64,000 nucleotides of DNA from Octopus vulgaris (GCA_951406725.2 OX597815.1:38192001-38256000), one strand, 5' to 3'; shown: positions 1-15,443, counted from the first letter of the stretch. Notes: generated by a model from the sequence alone, not told the origin. Numbers and translations are program-made.

Positions 1-46
1 AAGTCTTTAACGATTCGTGCCAACGCTCTACCACAGAAAGCAACAC

Positions 47-81
<35 letters not shown>

Positions 82-1306
82 GGGAAAATAAAGAATGTGT
101 AGTGGTTAGCGATCTATCATGGCGAAGGCCGGACATAAGGATCATACAGGAGAGCTAGGGAAAAGGGGAGATAATAAAGTAGTGGTGATCCCAAAACGCA
201 GGTGCGCGTGCGTATGTATGAGAGAGTTTGTATGTGCGTGTGGAAGAGGGCTGGTGATCTTGACGTGTGCATGAGTGTATGTATAGGTGTGAAAATGTGG
301 GTCTGGGAAATGGTCAGTGGTGATGTGTGCGTGGTGGTGTGTTGTGTAGTATGGTGGAGTGGTAGGTGAGGGAAAACGGAAAGCGGAAAACGGCGGAGCA
401 AATGCACGGTCCACGGAACGTGCTCTGGTAAGGGCGGTGTGGATAGTGGTGAGGGGATATCCACGTAGAATGAAGTGGCGAGCCATGAGTTGAGATTGAC
501 TCTCAAAGTCATGGTCTTCAATACAGAGCCTGTAGACGGAGGAATTAGGAATACGGGATGGAAAGCTTCGTGTGTTTACGGTGGGAGGATACGTAGTGGA
601 GGTATGAGTGTGAGTCTGTGTGCTCGTAGTGGGTGGAGGTGGTGAGAGTGGAGTGATGAATGCTGATCGAAATGTCAAGAAAATAGACAGAGGTGTCAGA
701 GATAGTGCAGGAGAAGCGGAGGGCAGGATGGAAAGATTTGACAAAAGAGAGGAAGGAGTCTAGATGTTCGCTTGAGGTCGCACCGATACAGTAGGCAATA
801 TAACGGCTGTATAGTTCGGGAGTGGGACCAGTGAAACTTGAGAATATTTGGGCCTCAACGTAGGAAACGAACAGGTTCGTATAGTTGAGGCCCATTCTCG
901 TTCCCATGGCTACTCTCAAATACTGCTGGTAGGAATCGCCTGCGAACGAGAAGCAATTGAGTGAGAGGACAAGTTCGACTAGACGAACGAGTGTGGATGT
1001 GTCAGATTGGGTGTTGGGTCGAAGGTCAAGGAAATGTTGGAGTGCACGCAGCTCCTTGTGGTGAGGGATCACCGTGTAAAGACTCTGGATGTCGAGGGTG
1101 AAGAGAAGTTTAGAGGGGCCAAGAGAGAAGGAGAAAGAGTTGAACAAAAGAAGTGTGTGGTTGGTGTCGTGGATGTGAGAGGAGAGGGAAGCCACTAGGA
1201 CACGGTGAAAATATCTGGAGATGAGTTCGGCGGGGCAGTTGCAGGCGGAGATGATGGGACGGCCAGGTTTGTCAGGTTTGTGGATTTTGGGGAGATATAT
1301 AAACAT
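1..1306 (-). mobile_element. Penelope-like element (PLE), decayed reverse transcriptase plus 3' region
   Basis: ORF 545..1306 has PLE RT motifs LPKIHKPDKPGRPIISAC, LFTLDIQSLYT, VAMGTRMG and RYIAY (decayed RYIDD). It continues by frameshift into RLCIEDHDFESQSQLMARHFILRGYP (ORF 142..744). A degenerate hammerhead-like motif lies at 1..45. Confidence 0.88.
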
Positions 1307-1746
1307 ACACGTTTATCAGCTAAAACATGTCTCCGTTACGAGAAACTGTGGACTCAGATTGAATGTCGATGCGACATCTTATAGCTTTGCCAAGGCCTTA
1401 GCATGAAGTGGGTTTGGTTTAAAGAATTAAATAAACTGTACACAACGAGGTTAATAATTTAATAGCACCACCTAGCAAATAATTTTAGATTATATTTTGG
1501 GACACCATATTCCACTCGAGTAAAGACTTGCTGTGAATCGAAATATATCTAGGTATTAGTGGTTTACTTTGAATTTTCTGGATGAATTTGTCCGGAAACC
1601 GTTCAAGGGTTATGCTAACGTTTCTCTTTTGATTTCTTTTGGGATAGTGAAGCATAGAGTAAGATGGGTTGGGGCAAGAGAAGTGATGTCCTAATAATGT
1701 TAATTCGATTTTACTGATTTTATAAAATTTTTGCAGTGACGATGAC

Positions 1747-1800
<54 letters not shown>

Positions 1801-2999
1801 ATTACACTAGCATTTCATGAATAAGAATGACCGACATATACTTTACAGAATGTTGTGTATAAATAATCCCATTTTCTTGTTGTACGTCATAAACCGAAGT
1901 GTGGACAGCGTCCATCATATTTGCCACGCTCTGACAGGTGAAATCAGTCTTTTACTTAGGTTAGTCATTAGACTGCAGTTATGTTGGAACATCAACTTGA
2001 AGGGCTTTAGCCCCCATTACTTGTGTTGTTATTTGGCTTTTGAGTTTGCTACTTATTCAGTCAGACTCTTTTACCAATTCGTTTTCTAACGGGGACGTAA
2101 ACAAGGTAACACCGGTTGTCAAGTGGCTGATGGATACAGAGACAGACAGTGACACAAATACCACCCATAATATATACTTGAAGGACTTCTACATAGTACT
2201 CTAATCCACCCACATGCCGTTGCTCGTGGTGACATTCTTAACCATACAGCCACGCCCAAGTCTGCTTGCGCATATTCAGTGTGATCAACTGACAGAAAAT
2301 GCGTGTCGGATTTTCACCTGGGGATGTTCTGGTGGGTAAATATTGGGCTTCTGACTAGAGTGGCACTCACGAGGTTACACACAGAAGCAATTAGCTCGAC
2401 ATAGAGGTGGTATGTAACTAACTAGTTCACTGGAGCATAAAATTCCTATGGTAACGACAGAATGGGCTTATATCGACTTATATCCCACCCAATACATAAT
2501 AAGTACGCATACACATAGACCATACCCATACGCTCATTCAAATACTGACAAAGAGACACATTTGCATGTGCATACGCCCATTTCTACGCCCACTCAGAAG
2601 TGCACACAAACATATATAAACGAAATATTCAAACACACACTACTCACGCAAGTGCACATATTCACAATTCTCGCATGCGCGCATCACCCCATAGATGCAT
2701 AACACATGGACTTGCAAATACACCCACATGCGTACACCCACAATTAAACATATACCCACACAAACTCACAGTGAGATACGCGCACCCAAATTTGTACATA
2801 TGAAATATAAGAAATATATCTCAGTGTAGGCGCAGACAAAATGCAATATTCATAAACTTATTTACTTCGTGGTTTCGGGTTCAGTATCACTGCGTGGCAT
2901 CTTGGGTTCCGAATCAACCAATGTCTTTTCTTTTAAGTGAATTTGATCTACTGAAACTGTGTTGAAGCCCGTCGTACACACACACATATATATATAGAC

Positions 3000-3083
<84 letters not shown>

Positions 3084-3244
3084 AACTTTCTTGGAAAGGA
3101 ATGCGTGGCGTTCGATCATATAGTAATAGTATATGTGTGTATTTTCATACATACATATATATATGTATATATATATATATACACACAAACACATGCATAC
3201 ATATGAAGATAAAATGTGGGTATATGGGGGTGGGTATGTGTGTG

Positions 3245-3412
3245 TAGCAACGCCGGGAAAAATGCTTAGTGACATTTCGTCCGTCTTTACGTTCTGAGTT
3301 CGAATTCTGTCGAGGTTTACTTTGCCTTTTATCCCTTCGAGGTCGATAAGTACCAGTTGAGCGCTGCTGTCGATGTTATCGATCCATGCCTTCCCCCGAA
3401 ATATTTGGCCTT
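3245..3412 (+). mobile_element. tRNA-derived SINE, family B (partial)
   Basis: Matches the reverse complement of 12001..12213 (aaatgcttag...acgttctgagttcgaattc...gaggt..actttgccttt). Confidence 0.7.
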
Positions 3413-4435
3413 GTATCGACCCGACTATCCGTTGTTGTTATACACCGCTAGTCATAATGCATTTTCTCGCAGTTTCTTAGCTTTGAATGATGTATGTATG
3501 TGTGTCTGTGTGTTTGTCTCAGCACCACCGCCTGACAACCAGCGTTCGTTTGTTTACTTTCCTGTATCTCAGGGATTGGCACGAGAATCGGTAGAATAAG
3601 TACCACATGTAAAACAATAAGTATTGGTGTCGATTTGTTCGACTAGACGTTTCAAGACGTGCCCTAGTATGGCCGCAGTTGGATAACTGAAACAAGCAAA
3701 ACGATACAAAAATACACAGTAACCTGGCGTGGGTTTTGAACCCATCTTCGAGCGCATCATACCTTCGCCCACGGCAGGTGCTCGTATATAAAGTAACCAC
3801 CTGTGCGGTCATCACGCCGCGTATATCTCTCACACCTCACATTACGCCACTAAAGTGACACAAACTTACATTAACGCTCATACTGACACACGCACACACC
3901 CACTGATACGCATACCTACATATAATAATACACACATATAGACACGCACAAAGCAACATTACATACATACACATAGACACAAACAGAGATACATTGAAAC
4001 ACACAAACAAACACGCACTGACACTAAACAGCTCATCACGCAGGCAGCAACAAAGATTTTTATACACCCACTCAACACCTACTCATCTATGGCACATACA
4101 CGTGTTCACAAGCAAAATACGGTACCAAAAGAACGCATGCTTAATAAACGCATTGACAGTTATATTTATATGTGTGTGTATATATATATATAAGTATTTT
4201 ATGGATTAACATGAAATAAATGTTGTTTTTTGTATAGAATACTAGATATTAAGATAATACGCGAGTATATTACATAGCCAAATGTAGAAACTGATATAAA
4301 GGAATACATCAAGATATACAGGCATGTTTATGACATTAACTGAATGACAGAAAGACAAAGAGAAAGATAGAGAGAAAGAGAGAGAAACTGAGAGAATGAG
4401 AGAGAGAGAGTACGGGGTATAGATAGGTAGATTAA

Positions 4436-4501
<66 letters not shown>

Positions 4502-4602
4502 TGATAGATAGATAGATAGATAGATAGACAGACAGATAAATAGATAGGGGGAGAATTCACAAAAAAAAACCCCCAAAAGACGAAGACAGGTGGTGCAGAC
4601 AC

Positions 4603-4655
<53 letters not shown>

Positions 4656-5346
4656 AAGATAGATAGATATATAGATAGATAGAGAGAGAGAGAGAGAGAC
4701 TGACAGAGACACATAGCTATGTAGATAGATAGATAAATATATGAATAGATAGAGAGAGTGAGAAGGAGAAAGGTGTGCGTGTTCGTAAGGAACAGTAAAA
4801 AGTTGATGGTGACAATAAGTACATAAATACACACTTATATGCATGAACACAAAAACACCCATTATATACACAATCACCTTTCTTCCTTCATGCATTAGTA
4901 CATACATACATACATACATACATACATACATACATACATACATACATACATACATACATACATACATACGTATGTACGTACATGTATAAAAACACACACG
5001 CACATTACAAAATACGGGTGAGAATGTAAACGGAAGGAAAAAGAAAATTCATTATTAGCAAATTAAAACGTATACACATGTATACATGCTTACATACTTA
5101 TATACATCGATATATGTTATGTTATGTATCTTTGTATGTGTGTATGTGTGTGTGTGTGTATAATTATATGTATATACATATGAGCGTATAAAGATAGATC
5201 ATACATATAGATGGACGGAAGGACTGATCGATCGAAAGATAGTTAATATGTGTATGTAAGTGTGTGTATGTAAGTGTGTGTGTGTGTGAGAGAGTGTGTG
5301 TGTGCGTATGTGTGTGTATGTGTGTGTATGTGTGTGTGCGTATATA

Positions 5347-5506
5347 GGTGCAGGAATGGCTGCGTGGCAAGTAGCATGCTTACCAACCACATGGTTCCGG
5401 GTTCAGTCCCACTGCGTGGAGCTTGGGCGAGTGTCTTCTACTATAGCCTCGGGCCGAACAAAGCCTTTCTGAGTGGATTTGGTAGGGAGAAACTGAAAGA
5501 AGCCTG

Positions 5507-5570
<64 letters not shown>

Positions 5571-5778
5571 ATGTATGTATGTGCGTCTGTGTTTCTCCCT
5601 CCAGCATCGCTTGACAACAGATACTGGTGCGTTTACGTCCCCATAACTTAGCGGCTCAGCAAAAGGAACTGATAGAAAAAGTACTAGGTTCACAAAGAAT
5701 CAGCCCTGGGGTCGATTTGCTCGACTAAAGGCGGTGCTCCAGCATAGCCACTGTCAAATGTATGAAACAAGTAAAAGA
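5347..5778 (+). mobile_element. tRNA-derived SINE, family A, internal (TA)n
   Basis: Head ggtgcaggaatggctgcgtggcaagtag with B-box-like ggttcagtccc, internal microsatellite, tail gaaacaagtaaaaga. Many copies in the window. Confidence 0.9.
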
Positions 5779-5916
<138 letters not shown>

Positions 5917-6487
5917 TGCTTTTGCGCTTGTGTGTGAGTGTGTCTGTGTTTGAATGCTTGTCATAAACGTATTTATATTTATATAGGTGGATTGTTATGT
6001 GTGCGCGCATTCAAACTCGCACACACAGCGTTAAACAAAATGTGAAACACACAGAGACATGAAAACGCACACAAATAAACATATATATATAAGTATGTTT
6101 GTATAGTAATAGAACTATAAATGTATGTAAATTATACATTTACAAATATTACGAACTCTATCCTGAAGGCCATTGAGTATTTCTTTTAGTCCGCAAACAA
6201 CTTAGTCCTTACACTGAGCGATAACTGTATCAAGCATCCATCCATCCATTCATCCATTCATCTATTCATCCATCCATCCATTCATCCACCCATCCATTCG
6301 TTTATTCATACATGCATACAAGCTTCCATTCATCATACATACATATATATATACTAACATGCTTATAACCATATACATACATATGCATGTATATATATAT
6401 ATACCCGCACTCATTTATAAGTGTGTTTACGCACACGCACTCATGAATCTCTTACGTATGTGTATATAATTATATCTATCTATATGT

Positions 6488-6527
<40 letters not shown>

Positions 6528-6656
6528 GACATATATATTTTATATACTATATATATACATATATCTGCCTTGTGTATCTGCCATATATACCTACCATGTA
6601 TATATTTATATATATTTTTCCTTATAATTGCTTTTTGCTTTCGCCACACTATATAC

Positions 6657-6702
<46 letters not shown>

Positions 6703-6711
6703 GTATGTATT

Positions 6712-6754
<43 letters not shown>

Positions 6755-7313
6755 CATATATATGTATTTATATACACACACATATGTATATGTATATATA
6801 TATATATACACACAAGGACAGAGTGAGATAGAGAGAGAGAGAGAGAGAGAGAAGGAGAGAGAAAGATAAAGAGAGAGTGAGAGAGATCATGCATATGTGT
6901 AAACAAGCAACCACACTGAGAAATCTATAGCTCACTTACCTGGATGAGTTAGCTTCCTGTTGTGAAACATACACAGTTGCATTAGACAGTTCTTAACAAC
7001 ATTTCAACATGAAAATCATCGTCCGCGCCTTATATTCTGATGTTAGCCTTATCCGACTGGGAGACGGCGCAGATGGTACAGTACCTGACTTTATTACGTT
7101 ACACTCTTAGTCTAAATCTCAGTGGCATCGGACTTCCGTTTCATTCTCCTGGTTCCAACGATAAAATAAGTATGTATATTATGGCATTGTATGGTATCGT
7201 ATGTATGTATTATGTATGTATGAAAGTATTTATGTAAGTATGTGTGAAGGTATATATGCAGGTGTCTATGTATATCCTTAAATCTCTCTCTCTCTCTCTC
7301 TCTTTATGTTGTT

Positions 7314-7345
<32 letters not shown>

Positions 7346-7838
7346 GATAGATAAATATACAATTCACTTTACACGCCTCCTATTAACGAAGTGGTATAGT
7401 TGTTTATCAGAGTGTTTCAGCGAGTTGCCTATTAACTTAGACGCATCAGTACACGAGTTCAAATAGAATCGGCAACAAAAAATCAGAAATAATTGCCATC
7501 GTACGTATCATATTCGAAACAATATATAACAATTACATTAAGTTCAATAAAAACGGTTTGCGATTAAATACATCGCTGCTGCTTGTTCCGTGTTCAAATC
7601 ACTATTTCCAGAAGCCTAAAGTTCTAATTCTTTATGTAAGAACTTATCTCTACATATAATAACATCTGGAGGGAATAATTTGTTTAAATTGTATATTATT
7701 TTGTGAGTAATTGCTGGCGTGTTTTCTTATTGTTGCATGTCTTGAGAATATGAAGCAGATACAGAATTCGTTGCTTGTTTTTTTTTTTATCTTGTATCTA
7801 TCTGTCGGTCTGTCTGTCTGTCTATCTCTCCATCTATC

Positions 7839-7956
<118 letters not shown>

Positions 7957-8964
7957 GTAAGTATGTATGTATGTATGAATGTATGTATGTATGAATGTAT
8001 GTATGTATGTATGTATGTATGTATATATGTATATACGTATGTATGTATGTATGTATGTATGTATGTATGTATGTATGTATGTATGTATGTATGTATGTAT
8101 GTATATGTATGTATGTATGTATGTATGTATGCGCGCACACTGTGCGAATTTGGATCTTTATCAAGGACGGAAAAAAGGAAAAATAAAGTTGCGCTGAAAA
8201 TTTTAGTTGCGTCGGAAATAACGAAGCTGGCAGTTTCCTTTTATTCGTTCGACTTCGCTTGGAGTCTGTATGTTGTAGTTATTGCTGCTGGTGTCGCTGA
8301 TTTGTCGATACAATTTCGCTTGTTATTGTTCTTGTTGTGTTTGTATAGTCAGTCATTATTGTAGTTGTAACCGCGATAATTATTACCTAGTCAGCTAAAA
8401 CATATACATACATACATATATATATATATATATGCGCCTGGTAGAGGTATGTTATGTGTACATGCGTGTGCACGTACACACTTATGCCTTAGATAGTATT
8501 GCCTTAATTTGAAAACGAAGCGAATATGTTATGAATGAACTAACCACGATGGAAAAACAACAAACCGTGGCTTCTGTTAGTGAGTACAGTGATGAAAAAG
8601 CTGAATACTATATGGGGAGAGAGAGAGAGAGAAGGGGAGAGATGAAGCAGAATTATAGCCTTATACATAAAGACTGAGTGAGGGAGAGGCAGAGAGAGAG
8701 AGAGAGAAAGTTAGAGATAGAGAGAGAGAAGGATGGAGGGATGGAGAGGAAGGAGAGGAAGGAGGATTGAAAATAAGTGAGCCTGAAATACAGAACGAGC
8801 TAGTGCTAGATAGATGTATTAAGTGCGAGGGAGATGGTATAGAGGTGTGAGTTTCGTGTGTAATTAGTGTTAGAAGAGGCGTATAAAGAAAACTAAAGCA
8901 AGGTATCATATCAGGACCGAGATATACAGCTGAGTTTTGCAACTTTATTTATTTATCGTGTATA

Positions 8965-9150
8965 TTTTACTTGTTTCGGCCAGTGGATTCGTGCTGGGAC
9001 ACAGCCTTTGAAGGTATTAGTCGAATAATTTCTGTTTTCAAAGCTAACCCCTCCCCCCCAAAAAAAAATGGGAATAGGTCTGGGTCTATAGTCTTTTGTC
9101 GAACCGCTAAGTTGGAGGAACATAAACAAACCAACGCCGGTTGTCGAGCG
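8965..9150 (-). mobile_element. SINE family A, 3' half, diverged
   Basis: ttttacttgtttc...gaaccgctaagtt...accaacgccggttgtc matches the family A tail in reverse. Confidence 0.65.
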
Positions 9151-9210
9151 GTAGAAGGTGTTTTTATAAAGACTGACACAAGACACACACTAAGACACAT
9201 ATAAATATAT

Positions 9211-9360
9211 GGCATGGCTGGGTGGTAAGAAGCTTGTTCTCTCAATCACATCCTTTCGGGTTCAGTCCCTCTTCGTGGTACATTGGGCAAGTGAATAGCC
9301 TCGGTCCGACCAAATCCTTGTGAGTGAACTTGGTTGATGGAAACTGAAAGAAGCCCGTCG

Positions 9361-9392
<32 letters not shown>

Positions 9393-9777
9393 TGTATGTA
9401 TGTATGTATGTATGTATGTATGTATGTATGTATGTATGTATATATGTATGTATGTATGTATGTATATATGTATGCATGTATGTATGTATGTATGTATGTA
9501 TGTATGTATGTATGTATGTATGTATGTATGTATGTATGTATCTGTGTGACTGTGTCTGTGTGTTTGTGTCTTCGTGCCTGTGCTTGTCCCTCACTTCGCT
9601 TGACTACCGGTGTTTCTGAGTTTAGGTCCACGTAACTTAGTGGTTCTGCAAAAGAGACCGATAGAATAAGTACTAGGCATAAGAAAAGAAAATAAGTACT
9701 GGGTTTGATGCGATCGACGAAAACTCTTCAAAGCGGTGCCCCAGCATGGCCACAGTCAAGTGACTAAAACAAGTACA

Positions 9778-9780
<3 letters not shown>
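9211..9780 (+). mobile_element. SINE family A, internal (TATG)n
   Basis: Same head and tail as 10814..11220, with ~180 bp of (TATG)n at the internal site. Confidence 0.85.
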
Positions 9781-9813
<33 letters not shown>

Positions 9814-9827
9814 CTCTCTCTCTATCT

Positions 9828-9866
<39 letters not shown>

Positions 9867-10246
9867 CCTTCCCATAGTCCCTGTCCTACAAAATTCACTC
9901 ACAAGGCCGCGGTCGGTAAAACAAAACACTGCCCAAGGACTCAATCCGCGACACGTGGTTGCGAAGCGACCTTCTTAATCACATGACCATATTTATTTAT
10001 AAAGATATTTAATTTGTTTTTATTCATCTAATCGCAAATTCTGAGCAGCAAATGAAACATTCAGTTTCGAATTGCAGAATACACGGTACTATTTACACTT
10101 GAGCACCTTCTCCTAGGATTTTGTAAATTTCAGCACCCTCTCTCATACACGAAGTCACACACACACGCACGCACACACAAAATAGATAGATACATAGATA
10201 CATAGATACATAGATACATAGATAGATACATAGAGAGACAGACATA

Positions 10247-10397
<151 letters not shown>

Positions 10398-10813
10398 GGA
10401 TGGATGGATGGATGGATGGATGCTGGGTTGGATTGGTGAATTTTATACAATTACATAATTTTTTTATCCAATTATTGCGTTACTCTGTAAGATGGATTGT
10501 AGATTGATAAATATGTTTTGTAAATACTTGCACGACTCTCAACAAATAATCATAGCTATCAAACGATCGATCCAATTACGCCGAGTTAAGTACATTACCG
10601 AAAGTCAGAATAAATAATATATGCGCTAGTTGGACGGTATGAGTTTGTATGGATAGTTTTATTGATAATCCTTCCTACTCTGAGCACAAGTCCTGAAATT
10701 TTGGGTGAGGTGGATGGCCAAGTACATTGACCTCAGTGTTCAACAGGTACTTACTTATTTAATCGACCACGAAAGGATCAAAGGTAGACATCTAGGCAGA
10801 ATCTGAACAAATA

Positions 10814-11220
10814 GGCGCAGGAGTGGCTGTGTGGTAAGTAGCTTGCTAACCAACCACATGGTTCTGGGTTCAGTCCCACTGCGTGGCATCTTGGGCAAGT
10901 GTCTTCTGCTATAGCCCCGGGCCGACCAATGCCTTGTGAGTAGATTTGGTAGACGGAAACTGAAAGAAGCCTGTCGTATATATGTGTATATATGTATATA
11001 TGTATGTGTGTGTGTTTGTATGTCTGTGTTTGTCCCCCTAGCATTGCTTGACAACCGATGCTGGTGTGTTTACGTCCCCGTCACCTAGTGGTTCGGCAAA
11101 AGAGACCGATAGAATAAGTACTGGGCTTACAAAGAATAAGTCCCGGGGTCGATTTGCTCGACAAAAGGCGGTGCTCCAGCATGGCCGCAGTCAAATGACT
11201 GAAACAAGTAAAAGAGTAAA
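10814..11220 (+). mobile_element. SINE family A, near full length
   Basis: ggcgcaggagtggctgtgtggtaagtag...ggttcagtcccactgcgtggc...tgactgaaacaagtaaaagag. Confidence 0.92.
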
Positions 11221-11389
11221 TAGTGTTAATAATAGTTACTGATCTTAGCATAAATTCACAAATTTGGAAACTGGTATACGTTCATATAGAACTCTCTTTT
11301 ATCGATATCGGAAGAATTGAAGGCCATGTTAACCACGGTGAGATTTGCAATAACAACAGCAACAACAACAACATTATTTTTTATAATGA

Positions 11390-11555
11390 TCTTTTACTTG
11401 TTTCAGTCATTTGACTGTGGCCATGCTGGAGCACCGCCTTTAGTCGAGCAAATCGAACCCAGGACTTATTCTTTGTAAGCTAACTCACGGGGACGTAAAC
11501 ACACCACCATCGGTTGTCAAGCGATGTTGGCGGGACAAACACAGACACAGAAACA

Positions 11556-11606
<51 letters not shown>

Positions 11607-11747
11607 GCACATATATACGACGGCCTTCTTTCAGTTTCCGTCTACCAAATTCACTCACAAGGCTTTGGTCGGCCCAAGGTGCCACGCAGTGGGACTGAAC
11701 CTAGACCCATGTGGTTGGTAAGCAAGCTACTTATCACACAGCCACTC
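11390..11747 (-). mobile_element. SINE family A, inverted relative to 10814..11220
   Basis: Reverse-complement match with internal deletions and internal (CA)n(TA)n. Confidence 0.9.
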
Positions 11748-11751
11748 ACAA

Positions 11752-11859
<108 letters not shown>

Positions 11860-12000
11860 TTTCAAATTTTGGCACAACGCAGGTAATTTCGAGGAGGGAG
11901 CAAGCCAATTTTATTGACCCCAGTGTTTGACTGATACTTTATTTATCGACCCCGAAATGGTGAAAGGCACAGTTACCTCGGTGGAATTTGAACACACAAA

Positions 12001-12213
12001 CTGGTTTCAAATCTTGCCACAAAAGCAGCAATTTTGGGGAGGGGATGAGTCGACTACATCTACTCCAGTGTTCAACCGGTTCTTGCTTTATCGACCCCGA
12101 AAGGACGAAAGGCAAAGTCGACCTCACCGGAATTTGAATTCAGAACGTAGAGGTAGACAAAATACCGCTAAGCATTTCGCCCGACGTACTAACGATTCTG
12201 CCAGCTCGCCGCC
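12001..12213 (-). mobile_element. tRNA-derived SINE, family B
   Basis: Minus-strand head ggcggcgagctggcagaatcgttag (A-box-like) and ttcaaattcc (B-box-like). Other copies near 3245, 7065, 10680, 11860 and 17165. Confidence 0.8.
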
Positions 12214-12253
<40 letters not shown>

Positions 12254-12254
12254 T

Positions 12255-12353
<99 letters not shown>

Positions 12354-12399
12354 CAACAACCTTAATAACAACAACAACAACATAAAACATAAAACGAAA

Positions 12400-15385
12400 A
12401 TAAAAATTGGCAACTGCGTTACACAAGAAATCATATAACAACTAAATATCCGATCTTAATAAATTAAATGAAATTATTTACTCTGTTGCTAAGGTAATCG
12501 AAAGACGCTGTTTAACATCCAAAAGGCCAACAATACCAATTTCGAAAAGAAAATCAAACTAGAGAAGTAGAATTGAAACTGAGATTGAATCATTGCGAAG
12601 GGAGATATCAATATTAACTGAGCTAATCTCTGGAAATTATGTAAGATCAACAAAATATTGTGAGAAAATATGAATCTCAGCAAGAGAAGAACTAATGTCA
12701 GCCAAAGAAACACTTAAACAAAAAGTTCAAGCAAAAGCTCAGAGAATACGCAGATTTGAGAAAAGAATCAAATACTACAAGCAAAATCATATGTTCAAAT
12801 CCAATGCCAAATCATTTTACAGGGAAATAGGGAAAGAAAAAATAACCATTGAAAATCCACCCCTAATGGAAGAAGTTGAAAACTTTTGGAAAGGGATCTG
12901 GAGTGATGAGAAACCGTACATTGAAAATGCACACTGGATCAAACGCACTCAAGATGCCTACAAAAATCTACAAGAACAGGTATGGGAAGACATCTCAATC
13001 GCCGACCTAAGGAGGGCACTAACAAAGGCTCATAAGTAGAAATCCACTGGTATTGATTGAGTACTACATTTCTGACTCTCATCACTCTCGTCCGCACACA
13101 AAATGTTAGTAATACTATTTAATAGTATTATGAAAGACCTGAAAAAACTCCCCATTGAATGGCAAATGGTATAACTTACCTCTTCCCCAAAAATAACGAA
13201 ACCAAAGACCCAAAAAACTACCGGCCTATAACATGTTTGTCTACCACCTATAAGATTTTGACATCTGTTCTAGTGAATAAAACATATACATTTATGGAAG
13301 AGAATAACCTCTTTCCCACTGAACATAAAGGATGCAGCCGAGGCTCATATGGATGCAAAGATCAGCTCCTAATTAATCGCATGATCCTTGAGAACTGCCA
13401 TAACAAGCGCAGAAATCTCAGCTCTTCATGGATTGATTATCAAAAAGCCTTTCACTGCATACCACATTCGTGGATTCTGAAATCGCTGAACATTTTCAAA
13501 ATTTCTCCTGTGATTTCAGATTTTATAAAGTATAATATGTCACTATGGAATACGAAGCTCCAATTATATCATTCTAATAGAGTATTGCGCTCAAACAATA
13601 TTAGCATAAACTGTGGCATTTTCCAAGGTAACTCACTTTCATCACTAATTTTCTGCATAGCACTAATACCACTCTCAAGTGAACTGAATAGAACAGGGTA
13701 TGGATACAAAACTGAGAACAGGAAAAAAAGCCATCTATTTTATATGGATGATTTAAAACTATATGGCAAAGGTGATGAAAAGCTTGACGGACTACTACAT
13801 ACTGTGAAATGATTCAGTGATGATATCGGGATGGAGTTTGGTCTTGAAAAGTGTGTCAAAGACACTTTTAGGAAAAGGAAATTGATAAAGTCCAAGTTCA
13901 ATTGAATTAGATGTCGAAACAGTAATAAAGAAACTTGAGCAGGAACAAACCTATAAGTACCTAGAATAAATGAAGGCTCTAGTATCCAGTATGCAAGCAT
14001 GAAAGAGAAGGTTAGGAAGGAGTGCTATAGAAGGATTCGTGCAGTCTGAAGTCTGAGCTGAATGCATATGATAAGGTGTTAGCTATAAATTCCTTAGCAG
14101 TCCCAGTTGTTCTTTATAGCTTAGATGTGCTTAACTGGAATACCAGTGAAATAATGAAGATTGATAGAAAAATCTGCAAGCTACTGCCTTGTAATAAGAT
14201 GCACCATGCAAAAGCAGACGTGGATCGTCTTTACCTTCCCTGAGCTCAGGAAGGTCGAGCTTGAACTTACGTACAAAACCACCACAATCGGACTGGCTAA
14301 AACTCGTTGAAAAACATGAAAGACCGAAAATACTTCACTCTATTCTGAAAGAGCGCAAAACATTCGCTACTGATCTCTTAGATACCTACCAGACTGATCA
14401 AGTTGAAGAAAATGCGCCAACTGCTGCTGCAAAGAAAATAAAATTAATTGCAAAGACAAAAGCACATGAAAAATTAGCTAGCAGATGGGAGCAGGAACCT
14501 CTGCATGACAAGTATGTGGCCCGTAGCAAACAAGCTGGTGTCGACTAGAAACACACGCATCAATGGTTACGAAGCTCAGGGCTAAAAGCAGAGAGTGAAG
14601 GGTTCATATTAGCTGCTCAAGACCAAAGCTTATTATCCCGGAACTACCAAGCCAATGTGATAAAAAATGGAGCTGACCCAAAATGCCGATTCTGTAACGA
14701 TGAGATTGAAACTATAGACCACCTAATCTCAGAGTGTAGAGCCTTAGTACCTGTAGAATATAAAGCAAGGCATGACAGATCGGCCAGTATTTACATTGGA
14801 CAATATGTCGGCGTTATAAAATCAAAACCGCTGACAACTGATATAAACACTATCCTGAAGCTGTGACTGAAGAAGAAAATGTGTCGATTCTCTGGGAACT
14901 CCCCGTACATAACGACAAAACTATAAAAGCTAATACACTGGATATTATTTTGAAAGATAAAAAAAGGTGTGTTTATTAATTGACATGAGTATTCCTTGCG
15001 ATCACAATATAGCGGCGAAAGAATTTGACAAGATCAGTAAATATATAGTCTTGCTAATAGAAATTTTAAAATGTGGCATCTCAAGGCGATTAGAGTACCA
15101 GTGATTGTTGGATTTCTAGGAATGATAAAAATAAGTTACTGAAACCTACAGGAGGTGCAAAAAATCGTGTTAACTGGAACGACCCATGTACTGAGAAGAG
15201 CATTATCGCTGTGAAAACAACATCCATTCGTGAATTTATTTATTTATTAATTTCTAAAATACATATTTTACCTGTGAATTTGCGTGTGTAATCTGAGAAT
15301 GTATGCAATGAGCTTCTCTACCCTAGGTGTACGGAAAACACTCGGCGAGAAATAGAAGAAAATTTGAAGAAAGAAGGGGAAAAAA
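12400..15385 (+). mobile_element. Dong/R4-clade non-LTR retrotransposon (RT plus restriction-like endonuclease), decayed
   Basis: NYRPITCLST, WIDYQKAF, GIFQGNSLS, HLFYMDDLKLY, C-terminal CRFC...TIDHLISEC...RHD zinc knuckle and RLE region. Multiple stops and frameshifts. Flanked by (TAA)n/(CAA)n. Confidence 0.9.
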
Positions 15386-15407
15386 CAACAACAACAACAC
15401 CAACAAC

Positions 15408-15441
<34 letters not shown>

Positions 15442-15443
<2 letters not shown>

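Noticed and set aside
7405-7455. Hammerhead-like ctgatgc...gaaac on the minus strand (similar weak hit at 1570-1606)
   Set aside because: The core is wrong and stems I and III do not pair convincingly.
10755-11054. Recurrent ORF RQASFSFRLPNPLTRHWSARGYSRRHLPK (also 44314, 57178)
   Set aside because: Antisense translation of SINE family A, not a gene family.
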